A model generated the notes under the pieces. That model did no database searches. It saw only the letters and a list, made by a program, of their open reading frames with translations, and was not told the origin of the DNA. A program made the translations under genes and the position numbers. From NCBI GenBank assembly GCA_025453445.1, contig JALOQJ010000005.1, positions 136 to 64,135 on the forward strand: a DNA stretch of 64,000 nt, written 5' to 3'. Source of the DNA: Candidatus Omnitrophota bacterium. GTDB taxonomy: Bacteria > Omnitrophota > Gorgyraeia > Gygaellales > Profunditerraquicolaceae. The number at the start of each line of letters is the position of its first letter. Position 1 is the first letter of the stretch. Shown in pieces: positions 1-8,693 of this stretch.

Positions 1-362
1 AAAAGACAAAAGCTAATACCGGTCTGACTGTAGTTTTGGCCCTGAATTACGGAGCAAGGCAGGAAATCACTGATGCGGCGCGCAAATTTGCCGAAGCAGC
101 TATGAGGGGGGAAATTAACCCCGCGGATTTAGATATTGATAAATTCAAATCGTTTTTTTATGATGCGGATTTGCCGGATCCTGAACTTTTAATCCGTACC
201 AGCGGCGAAATGCGCTTAAGTAATTTTCTTCTCTGGCAATTATCGTATGCGGAATTGTATTTTCCTGAAACTCATTGGCCGGATTTCGGCACAAGCGATT
301 TTAAAAAGGCAATTCGGGTATATCAGAAAAGAGAGCGGCGATTCGGAGGGATAAAATGTTAA
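1..362 (+). CDS. uppS: Undecaprenyl-diphosphate synthase, C-terminal part (5' end lies outside the window)
   Basis: The frame is open from position 3. Translation ends with RTSGEMRLSNFLLWQLSYAELYF, the UppS C-terminal signature, and NYG precedes it. Confidence 0.9.
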   Translation, partial: KTKANTGLTVVLALNYGARQEITDAARKFAEAAMRGEINPADLDIDKFKSFFYDADLPDPELLIRTSGEMRLSNFLLWQLSYAELYFPETHWPDFGTSDFKKAIRVYQKRERRFGGIKC

Positions 363-1153
363 TTAAACGCATGGCCAGTGCTATCATCCTGATCGGTGTT
401 GTTGTTGCCACAATTTATATTGACTGGGTTTGTGCAATAGCCGCAACCGTTTTTATCGGTTTCGGGCTGTATGAATTTTTTACAATGGTCGAGAAAAAAG
501 GCATTGGTATCTATAAGTATTTTGGCATCGGCATGGGCCTATTGATACCGCTATCAATACTTTTGCGTTTTGAGCTGACCAAAAAGTGGGAGCTTTTGTT
601 CGTTGTTCTGGCGTTATTTTTCTTAATCCTGATGCAATTCAACCGGCGTAAGAATAGTGGCGTAATCGTAGATATTTCTACCACTATATTCGGCATACTT
701 TATGTTTCATGGTTCTTTTCCTTTATTATTAAAATAAGGTACCTTGAGGGCGGTTTAGGGCTTTTGGCTGCCTTGTTATTAATGACTAAATTAGGAGATA
801 TTGGCGCTTATCTTGTTGGCAGCGCAATCGGTAAGCGGCCGCTCTTGCCACGGATCAGCCCGAAAAAAACCGTGGAAGGCGCTATAGCAGGTTTATTCTT
901 CAGCGCTTTAGGAGGCGTAATCAGCAGGCCATTTTTGCAATTATCATATCCGCACCTTATATTTATGGGGATACTGGTTGGTATTGCCGGTCAGTTAGGT
1001 GATTTATCGGAATCGCTGATGAAACGCGACTGCCAGATTAAAGATTCAGGTAATCTCCTGCCGGGGATGGGTGGGATATTGGATGAAATTGACAGCCTGC
1101 TTTTTACCGCACCCATCTTTTATTTTTATATGAGTATTTTGTTGGCCAAATAA
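356..1153 (+). CDS. cdsA: Phosphatidate cytidylyltransferase
   Basis: Multi-TM protein with the KRPLLPRISPKKTVEGAIAG CTP-transferase motif. It follows uppS as in the conserved uppS-cdsA-dxr-rseP arrangement. Confidence 0.85.
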   Translation: MLIKRMASAIILIGVVVATIYIDWVCAIAATVFIGFGLYEFFTMVEKKGIGIYKYFGIGMGLLIPLSILLRFELTKKWELLFVVLALFFLILMQFNRRKNSGVIVDISTTIFGILYVSWFFSFIIKIRYLEGGLGLLAALLLMTKLGDIGAYLVGSAIGKRPLLPRISPKKTVEGAIAGLFFSALGGVISRPFLQLSYPHLIFMGILVGIAGQLGDLSESLMKRDCQIKDSGNLLPGMGGILDEIDSLLFTAPIFYFYMSILLAK

Positions 1154-1159
1154 AAAATT

Positions 1160-2314
1160 ATGAAACGCATCGCTATTTTAGGCTCGACTGGTTCTATCGG
1201 CAGGAGCGCTTTGGAAGTTGTCAGGCATTTTCCGAAAGAATTCGAGGTAGTAGCTTTAAGTACAAATTCTAATGCTGTTCTTTTAGAGCAACAGATCAGG
1301 GATTTTCGTCCTGTCTTGGTTTGTGCCAATGATGCCTTAGGAGCGGCTAGATTATCAGGCTTATCAGGGAAAAAACTAAAAGTTTTTTCCGGGGGAAGCG
1401 GCTTATCTGAGATGGTCAGCGATAAGCGCATAGACCTGGTGCTTTTGGCGATCAGCGGCTCAGCTGCATTAGCACCCCTTTTGGCTGCAATTGAAGCTGG
1501 TTGTGATATTGCTCTTGCTAATAAAGAAGCATTGGTAATGGCAGGGCCGATAATTATGGAGCGGGCCAGAAAGAAAAAGGTAAAGATTATACCCGTAGAC
1601 AGCGAACAATCGGCAATTTGGCAATGCCTCAAGAATCAGGAAGATGCAGGATTGAAAAATATTTATCTTACTGCCTCTGGCGGCCCTTTAAGAAAAGTCA
1701 GAAAAGCCGACCTGAAAAAAATTTCCCTGAAAGAAGTGCTCAGGCATCCCCGCTGGAAAATGGGCAGGAAGATTACTATTGATTCAGCGACGCTGATGAA
1801 TAAAGGGTTGGAAGTATTGGAAGCAATGTATTTATTCGGAGCAGATATTGATAAAATCAGGGTATTAATTCATCCAGAGGCAATAATTCACTCTATGGTT
1901 GAATTTATCGATGGGGTTATATTGGCGCAGTTATCGGTTACGGATATGCGGATTCCCATTCAATACGCGCTAACCTATCCGAAGAGGCTTTCTAACGGCA
2001 TGGCCAGCGTTGATTTTTATAAATTATCCAGCCTGAATTTTGAAAAGCCTGACTTTACGAAGTTTCCCTGCCTGAAATTAGCCTATCAGGCAGCGAGGGA
2101 TCAGGGGACAGCGCCCTGTGTTTTAAATGCTGCTAATGAAGCATGTGTGGAGAGTTTTTTAAAAGGCAGGCTGCAATTTAGTGCAATACCTTCGGTAATT
2201 GAAAAAGTTTTAGCAAAACACAAATTGATTCTTAAACCGGATTTGAATGATATCTGCAGGCTGGATTTATGGGCACGCCAAGAGGCAGGCAGAATTATTC
2301 CTAGAATGGGGTAA
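1160..2314 (+). CDS. dxr: 1-deoxy-D-xylulose 5-phosphate reductoisomerase
   Basis: The N-terminus reads MKRIAILGSTGSIGRSALEVV, an NADPH Rossmann fold, and length and context are typical of Dxr. Confidence 0.95.
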   Translation: MKRIAILGSTGSIGRSALEVVRHFPKEFEVVALSTNSNAVLLEQQIRDFRPVLVCANDALGAARLSGLSGKKLKVFSGGSGLSEMVSDKRIDLVLLAISGSAALAPLLAAIEAGCDIALANKEALVMAGPIIMERARKKKVKIIPVDSEQSAIWQCLKNQEDAGLKNIYLTASGGPLRKVRKADLKKISLKEVLRHPRWKMGRKITIDSATLMNKGLEVLEAMYLFGADIDKIRVLIHPEAIIHSMVEFIDGVILAQLSVTDMRIPIQYALTYPKRLSNGMASVDFYKLSSLNFEKPDFTKFPCLKLAYQAARDQGTAPCVLNAANEACVESFLKGRLQFSAIPSVIEKVLAKHKLILKPDLNDICRLDLWARQEAGRIIPRMG

Positions 2315-2317
2315 TTT

Positions 2318-3394
2318 ATGATTTCTCTGGTAATATTTTTATTTGTTTTCGGTATATTGATTCTCGTGCATGAATTCGGGCATTTTATCGTTGCCAAAAA
2401 AGTTGGGGTAAGGGTAGAAAGGTTCTCGTTAGGTTTTGGTAAAGTATTGTTAAGCCGAAAAAGCAAGGGAACAGAATATACCTTGAATGCTCTGCCTCTG
2501 GGGGGCTATGTAAAACTCGCAGGGGATGTCCCGGGTGAATGTTCCGGAAAATCTGATGAATATTTGTCAAAAACTCCGGGTCAGCGCGCGGCAATAATTT
2601 TCTGCGGCCCGCTGGTAAATTATCTATTGGGATTTTTTTGTTTTTGGCTGATATTTTTTACCGGGTATCCGACGCTGACTACTAAAGTTGGCGGCCTGCT
2701 CGATGGTTTTGGCGCAAAAGATGCCGGTGTGCAAATCGGCGATCAGATTATCAGCGTAGACGGCCAAAAGGTGGCTTATTGGGAAGAACTGCAGAAAGCG
2801 ATGCAGGCAAAGGGCAATGTGCCGCAGATGAAATTTTCCATCCTGCGTAACGGCAAAGAAATCGGGCTGGAGATAAAAATTAAAGAAAAAGAAATACAGG
2901 ACTTAATCGGCTCAAAACAGAGTATTGGCTTAATCGGGATTACTCCGGTAGATGAAATTATCACAGTGCGCCATTCTTTTTGGCAATCATGTTTCTTAGG
3001 CATAGAAAAAACCTGGTATTTGACAGAAATGACTTATAAGGCCCTTTGGAGGATGATTACCGGAAGGCTGTCTTTCCGTGATTCAGTTACCGGGCCCTTG
3101 GGGATATTCTATATTACTTCCAAAGCCGCGCATCTGGGGATTATCGCCTTAATCCATCTTATGGCAGTGTTGAATATCAGCCTCGCTATATTTAACCTGT
3201 TGCCTTTGCCGGTATTAGACGGCGGGCATATTTTATTATTGGCAATAGAAAAAATCCGCGGCAGGGCTTTAAGCATAAAAGCCGAACAGGTAGTTACGCA
3301 TTTTGGGTTAACTCTGATTATTACGCTAGCGGTAATTGCTACTTACAACGATATTCTGAAATTTAAAGATAAGATTTTTACTTTTTTAAAATAG
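2318..3394 (+). CDS. rseP: RIP zinc metalloprotease RseP (site-2 protease)
   Basis: HEFGHF zinc motif, one PDZ domain, and an NLLPLPVLDGGH motif near the C-terminus. Confidence 0.85.
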   Translation: MISLVIFLFVFGILILVHEFGHFIVAKKVGVRVERFSLGFGKVLLSRKSKGTEYTLNALPLGGYVKLAGDVPGECSGKSDEYLSKTPGQRAAIIFCGPLVNYLLGFFCFWLIFFTGYPTLTTKVGGLLDGFGAKDAGVQIGDQIISVDGQKVAYWEELQKAMQAKGNVPQMKFSILRNGKEIGLEIKIKEKEIQDLIGSKQSIGLIGITPVDEIITVRHSFWQSCFLGIEKTWYLTEMTYKALWRMITGRLSFRDSVTGPLGIFYITSKAAHLGIIALIHLMAVLNISLAIFNLLPLPVLDGGHILLLAIEKIRGRALSIKAEQVVTHFGLTLIITLAVIATYNDILKFKDKIFTFLK

Positions 3395-3397
3395 CAT

Positions 3398-4459
3398 ATG
3401 AATTTAGCCCGCAAGAAAACAAAAACAATCAAAATTGGCAATGTTCTAATTGGCGCAGCTCATCCGGTAGCTATTCAGTCGATGGTAAAATGTAAAACCA
3501 GCGATAGCGGTAGGGCGATAAAAGAAATCAATTATCTGGAGCAATGTGGCTGCGAAATTGTGCGTTTGGCAGTAAAAGACAGCGCGGATGCTTCTAGTTT
3601 CAGGCAGATTAAGCGCAAGACTAATATCCCGCTGGTTGCTGATATTCATTTTGATTGGAGCCTTGCCTTAGAGGCAATAGAAAACGGTGCGGATAAAATC
3701 AGGCTAAACCCGGGGAACATTTATAAAAGAAGCCAGATACAGGAAATTGTTACGGCTTTAAAAATTGCCAAAATACCTTTACGTATTGGTTTAAATTCAG
3801 GCTCTGTGAAAAATATCTCCGGCCGGAAGATGAGCATGGCTGATAAGTTGGTGAACAGCGCTTTGGATTATATAAAGATTGTTGAGAAGATGGGGTTTAA
3901 TAATCTGGTAATTTCCCTGAAGGCGTCTACTGTAGTGGATACAGTGGATGCTTACCGTAAGATAAGCAAGTGTTGCGATTATCCGCTTCATTTAGGGGTT
4001 ACAGCAACCGGTTTGCCTGGTGAGGGAGCGATTAAGTCGGCAATAGCAATTGGCGCTTTGCTATTGGAGGGAATCGGTGATACAATAAGGATATCGCTTA
4101 CTGCCCGGCCCGAGGAAGAAATTAGGGTTGCCCGGGCTGTACTGCGTGCTTTGGATTTAAGGCATTTTGGCCCGGAAGTGATCAGCTGTCCTACTTGTGG
4201 CCGTTGCGAAGTGGATTTAGTAGGCTTAGTTCAGGAAATAGAGCAAAAAATTATCCAGGTCAAAGGAAACAAACCATTAAAAATAGCAGTAATGGGTTGC
4301 GTAGTCAATGGCCCAGGCGAAGCCAAGGAAGCGGATATCGGGGTTGCTTTCGGCAAAAATGACGGCCTTTTGTTTAAAAAAGGCAAAGCTGTGCGCAAAG
4401 TATTGTTTACGCAAAGCGCCGCTGCTTTATTGAAAGAGATAAAAAGAGCCAATGGTTGA
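3398..4459 (+). CDS. ispG: 4-hydroxy-3-methylbut-2-en-1-yl diphosphate synthase (GcpE)
   Basis: TIM-barrel N-terminus and a C-terminal CPTCGRC...GCVVNGPGE iron-sulfur motif typical of IspG. Confidence 0.95.
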   Translation: MNLARKKTKTIKIGNVLIGAAHPVAIQSMVKCKTSDSGRAIKEINYLEQCGCEIVRLAVKDSADASSFRQIKRKTNIPLVADIHFDWSLALEAIENGADKIRLNPGNIYKRSQIQEIVTALKIAKIPLRIGLNSGSVKNISGRKMSMADKLVNSALDYIKIVEKMGFNNLVISLKASTVVDTVDAYRKISKCCDYPLHLGVTATGLPGEGAIKSAIAIGALLLEGIGDTIRISLTARPEEEIRVARAVLRALDLRHFGPEVISCPTCGRCEVDLVGLVQEIEQKIIQVKGNKPLKIAVMGCVVNGPGEAKEADIGVAFGKNDGLLFKKGKAVRKVLFTQSAAALLKEIKRANG

Positions 4460-5711
4460 TAAGCTGAAAGAAAAAATTAAAGAAAAAATTATTACCCAAT
4501 ACCGCGGGTTATTGTCTACGGATAGTTTCAATAATACCGAGCTAAGGGAAAAGATTATTCAGGTTGCAGAAGACGTGCTTGATCGAGAACGCAATAATCT
4601 TTCCAGCGAAGAGAAAATCAAAATTATCAATGAGCTGGTGAATGAATTAACCGGCTTTGGGCCGATAGAGTCGTTATTTGAGGATCAGGCAGTTACTGAA
4701 ATTATGATTAATGGCCCGGATAAAATCTATGCTGAAAAAGGCGGCAAAACTGAATTAACCGGCTTGCGCTTTGATAATGAAGCGCAGCTGATGTATATGA
4801 TCAATAAAATGCTGGCACCGACACGCAGGCATGTTGATGAATCATTCCCTTATACGGAAATCTGCCTGAAGGACGGCTCGCGTGTGAATATTATTATACC
4901 TCCTCTGGCATTAGACGGGCCGGCAATTACCATCAGGAAGTTTTTAAAGGAAATCAAGACTGTAGAGGATTTACTAAAACTTGGTACGCTCGATGAGCGG
5001 ATGAGTGAATTCTTTATCGCTGCTATCAAGGCAAAAATAAATATAATCTTTAGCGGGGCAACCGGCGTGGGAAAAACTACGACCCTGAATGTGCTTTCCG
5101 GGCATATCCCTAATGAAGAGCGGGTTGTCACTATCGAAGATACTGCGGAATTGCACCTTATACAGGATCACGTGGTCAGGCTTGAGTCGCGCCAATCAAA
5201 CATTGAAGGCAGGGGAGAAATTACTATCCGCGATCTTTTCAAAAATTCCCTGCGTATGCGGCCGGACAGGATTATCATAGGAGAAATCAGGGGCTCAGAG
5301 GCTTTAGATATGCTGCAGGCAATTTGTTCCGGGCATAAAGGTTCATTGGTGGTACTGCATGCTAATTCTCCGCAGGATGTAATTTACCGGCTTGAGACGA
5401 TGATTTTAACTTCCGGCATAGCGATTAACCTGGAAGCAATTCACCGCCAGATTGCCACGGCAATAAATTTAATTGTCCAGCAGGAACAGTTGTTGGATGG
5501 TTCAAGAAAAATTACCCATGTTACTCAGGTCAATGGTTTGAAAAACGGGCAGGTAGTTTTGGAAGATATATTTATTTACGAATTAACCGGCGTTGATGCT
5601 AATAATAAGCCGCAGGGCAGGTGGAAAGCAACCGGTATAATTCCCTGTTTCTGGCCGTTATTTGAGAAAAGCGGTATAAAATTATCAAACAGGTTGTTTA
5701 ATAAGGATTAA
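4452..5711 (+). CDS. CpaF/TadA/VirB11-family type II/IV secretion ATPase, orphan
   Basis: Walker A motif SGATGVGKTT, Walker B/Asp box and His box arranged as in CpaF. No TadB/TadC or pilin genes are adjacent. Confidence 0.8.
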   Translation: MVDKLKEKIKEKIITQYRGLLSTDSFNNTELREKIIQVAEDVLDRERNNLSSEEKIKIINELVNELTGFGPIESLFEDQAVTEIMINGPDKIYAEKGGKTELTGLRFDNEAQLMYMINKMLAPTRRHVDESFPYTEICLKDGSRVNIIIPPLALDGPAITIRKFLKEIKTVEDLLKLGTLDERMSEFFIAAIKAKINIIFSGATGVGKTTTLNVLSGHIPNEERVVTIEDTAELHLIQDHVVRLESRQSNIEGRGEITIRDLFKNSLRMRPDRIIIGEIRGSEALDMLQAICSGHKGSLVVLHANSPQDVIYRLETMILTSGIAINLEAIHRQIATAINLIVQQEQLLDGSRKITHVTQVNGLKNGQVVLEDIFIYELTGVDANNKPQGRWKATGIIPCFWPLFEKSGIKLSNRLFNKD

Positions 5712-5716
5712 CTAAA

Positions 5717-6967
5717 ATGCTTTGGTCAAAAACTTTTATTCCCACTTTAAAAGAGACGCCTCAGGAAGCAGAATCAATAAGCCATCAGTTAATGCTCAAG
5801 GCTGGGCTGGTGCGCATGCTGATGGCAGGGGTTTATTCTTATTTGCCGTTGGGCCTGCGTGTTCTGAATAATATCGAAAAAATAATCCGTGCGGAGATGG
5901 AAGCAGCGGGTGCTGCGGAATTATTACTGCCTGCTCTGCAACCGAAAGAATTATGGGTTAAGTCCGGCCGCGATACGGTAATTGCCGATGTGATGATTGA
6001 GTTTATTGATCGCCGCGGTAGGCATATCTGCCTCGGGCCCACGCATGAAGAAGTAATTACTGAATTGGTTAAATCCTATGTTTCCAGCTATCGGCAGCTG
6101 CCTATGGTGCTATACCAAATTCAGGCTAAATTCCGCGATGAAATCAGGCCGCGTTTTGGCCTGGTGCGTTCCTGCGAATTTATTATGAAGGACGCCTATA
6201 GTTTTGATAAAGACCAGCAGGGGCTGGATAAAAATTATCAGGCAATGCATCAGGCATACAAAAGGATATTTAGCAGGTGTGGTTTAGATTTTTTAACCGT
6301 AGCTGCAGATTCCGGAGTAATGGGCGGCAGTGTTTCGCATGAATTTATGGTTGGGGCATCTGACGGTGAAGATATTGTCCTGCTTTGCCCGCAATGCAAA
6401 CAGGCAAAGCCGTTCAAAGATGAAACTAAATTGACTTGCCCGGAATGCGGAATTATCCTGCAAAAAACTAACACCCTGGAAGTCGGCCACATTTTTCAGC
6501 TGGGCACGAAATACAGCGCCGCATTAGGAGCGAATTTTGTTGATGATAAAGGTAAGCAGCAGCCTGTTATTATGGGTTGTTACGGCATAGGCGTTTCGCG
6601 CCTGATTGCCGCGATTATCGAGCAGAACCATGATAAAGACGGAATTATCTGGCCTGCAGAAATCAGCCCTTATCAGGTAAGTATTATTGCGCTTGATGTT
6701 ACGGATGAATTAATTTTTAAGAAAGCACTGGAAATATATGAAAAACTTAAAGCTGAAGGTATAGAAGTCCTGCTTGATGACCGTGATGAACGCGCAGGGG
6801 TGAAATTTAAAGACGCGGATTTACTCGGTATTAGCACGCAGATTGTTATCGGCAGGGAATTCTCGAAAACCGGCGCTATCGAGCTGAAGATGCGCCGTGA
6901 TAATAATAAAATTACAGGTAAAGCCGAAGAAATTTTAGGGAAATTAAAGGAAGTTTTGCATGGATAA
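5717..6967 (+). CDS. proS: Prolyl-tRNA synthetase, bacterial type but without the INS editing domain; a Zn-ribbon mini-insert replaces it
   Basis: The N-terminus is MLWSKTFIPTLKETPQEAESISHQLML. Class II motifs and a C-terminal anticodon-binding domain are present. The protein is only 416 aa, and CPQCKQ...CPECG sits where the INS domain normally lies. Confidence 0.9.
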   Translation: MLWSKTFIPTLKETPQEAESISHQLMLKAGLVRMLMAGVYSYLPLGLRVLNNIEKIIRAEMEAAGAAELLLPALQPKELWVKSGRDTVIADVMIEFIDRRGRHICLGPTHEEVITELVKSYVSSYRQLPMVLYQIQAKFRDEIRPRFGLVRSCEFIMKDAYSFDKDQQGLDKNYQAMHQAYKRIFSRCGLDFLTVAADSGVMGGSVSHEFMVGASDGEDIVLLCPQCKQAKPFKDETKLTCPECGIILQKTNTLEVGHIFQLGTKYSAALGANFVDDKGKQQPVIMGCYGIGVSRLIAAIIEQNHDKDGIIWPAEISPYQVSIIALDVTDELIFKKALEIYEKLKAEGIEVLLDDRDERAGVKFKDADLLGISTQIVIGREFSKTGAIELKMRRDNNKITGKAEEILGKLKEVLHG

Positions 6968-7424
6968 GGATGCAATTGTTGAGCAGTTAAAAGAAATAGT
7001 CGGCGTTTATTTGCAAAGCCAGGGCGTTGAATTGGTAGATTTAATTTACCGCCGTGAAGGCAGGAATTTAATTTTAGAGATATTGGCTGATTTGCCGGAG
7101 GGCGGAATTACTATAGGTGAATGCACCCGGCTGAATCGAGAAATCAGTGTGATTTTAGACGAAAGAAATATCCTGGATGAAAGTTATCTCCTGGGAGTTT
7201 CCTCTCCCGGTTTAGACAGGCCATTAACTGCTAAAAATGATTTTTTAAGATGCAGGGGCAAAGTTGCAAAATTTTTCCTCAAAGAAATTGTTAACGGAAA
7301 AGTGGAATGGGATGGCATAATTAAAAGGGTAGAAAATGACATGGTTTTTATTGACACAGAGGGAATGATTTTAGAAATTCCCCTTTTAAAGATAAACAGA
7401 GCAAAACAATTGCTTGATGTTTAG
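6960..7424 (+). CDS. rimP: Ribosome maturation factor RimP
   Basis: It lies immediately upstream of nusA-infB in the conserved rimP-nusA-infB arrangement, and size and sequence are typical of RimP. Confidence 0.85.
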   Translation: MDKDAIVEQLKEIVGVYLQSQGVELVDLIYRREGRNLILEILADLPEGGITIGECTRLNREISVILDERNILDESYLLGVSSPGLDRPLTAKNDFLRCRGKVAKFFLKEIVNGKVEWDGIIKRVENDMVFIDTEGMILEIPLLKINRAKQLLDV

Positions 7425-7448
7425 GAGAACCTTCAAGGAGAGATTATT

Positions 7449-8684
7449 ATGAGCCAGGAATTAATCGCAATTTTAGAACAGTTAGAAAGAGAAAAAGGAA
7501 TTAAGAAAGAAGTTTTAATTGAAGCAGTAGAAACCGCTTTATTAACTGCCGCGCGCAAAGCAGTGGATATCAAGCCGGAAGAAGAGTTGGAAGTAAAGAT
7601 CGATCCGACTGACGGTAAAATCCGGGCCTTTAGGAATAAGCAAGAAATTACTAATATTGATTTTGGCAGGATTGCCGCATCTACTGCGCGCCAGGTGATT
7701 GTGCAGAAAATCCGCGAGGCAGAAAAAGAGATCATTTTTACAGATTTTCAGAGTAAGGTTGGCGAGATTGTCTCTGGCACGGTTTACCGCTTTGAAAAAG
7801 GAAATATTATTGTTGATCTTCTCGGTAAGGCTGAAGGGATCCTTTTAAAGCGCGAGCAGTCGCCTAAGGAAGAATTTAAACAGGGCCAGCGTATCCGCGC
7901 TTTTATCGTGGAAGTTAAAAAGGAAGCCAAAGGCCCGCAGATAATTTTATCGCGTGCCCATCCTAATTTCGTAAAAAAACTATTTGAGCTGGAAGTGCCG
8001 GAAATTTATGAAGGTATCGTAGAAGTAAAATCAGTGGCGCGCCAGCCAGGAGAGCGGACTAAAATTTCCGTTTGCTCTAAGAATGAAAAAGTTGATTCTG
8101 TGGGTGCTTGTGTAGGCATGCGGGGAAACCGTGTGCGCAATATTGTCAATGAATTGCAGGGGGAAAAAATCGATATTGTCCGTTTTAGCGATGATATTAA
8201 GGAATATATAAAAGCTGCTCTTTCTCCTGCTGAAATAGCCCAGATTAATTTGAATAAAGAACACGTTAAGGCTGAGGTAATTGTGGAAAATGATCAGTTG
8301 TCGTTGTCAATCGGCAAGCACGGCCAGAATGTCCGCCTGGCTTCCCGTTTGATTGGTTGGGAATTGGATATCCGCACCAAAGAAGCTTTAGCTGCGGAAA
8401 AATTAGGCCCAGCTGCTCCGAAGGAAGCTGTTGTTGAAGAAGTAGAGGCAAAAGAGGAAGCGCCGAAAGAAGAGAAAAAAGAAAAGAAAGAGAAAAAGGC
8501 TGCTTCTTTGGAAGACTTGTCAGGGGTAGGCGAAAAAACTTTAACTATTCTAAAGGATGCAGGGTTTAAAAATGCCGAAGATATCGCGAAGGCAAAATTA
8601 GAGGATCTAGTAAATTTAAAAGGTATCGGCGAGAAGAAGGCGGAGAAATTAATTGCCGAAGCCAAAAAACTGATTAAAAAATAG
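7449..8684 (+). CDS. nusA: Transcription termination/antitermination factor NusA
   Basis: S1 domain, two KH domains, and a Lys/Glu-rich C-terminal tail with an HhH motif. Context is nusA-infB. Confidence 0.95.
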   Translation: MSQELIAILEQLEREKGIKKEVLIEAVETALLTAARKAVDIKPEEELEVKIDPTDGKIRAFRNKQEITNIDFGRIAASTARQVIVQKIREAEKEIIFTDFQSKVGEIVSGTVYRFEKGNIIVDLLGKAEGILLKREQSPKEEFKQGQRIRAFIVEVKKEAKGPQIILSRAHPNFVKKLFELEVPEIYEGIVEVKSVARQPGERTKISVCSKNEKVDSVGACVGMRGNRVRNIVNELQGEKIDIVRFSDDIKEYIKAALSPAEIAQINLNKEHVKAEVIVENDQLSLSIGKHGQNVRLASRLIGWELDIRTKEALAAEKLGPAAPKEAVVEEVEAKEEAPKEEKKEKKEKKAASLEDLSGVGEKTLTILKDAGFKNAEDIAKAKLEDLVNLKGIGEKKAEKLIAEAKKLIKK

Positions 8685-8693
8685 AGGAGAATC

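Noticed and set aside
1126-1632. 168-aa - strand ORF overlapping dxr
   Set aside because: It is antisense to a confidently identified dxr, and it has no motifs.
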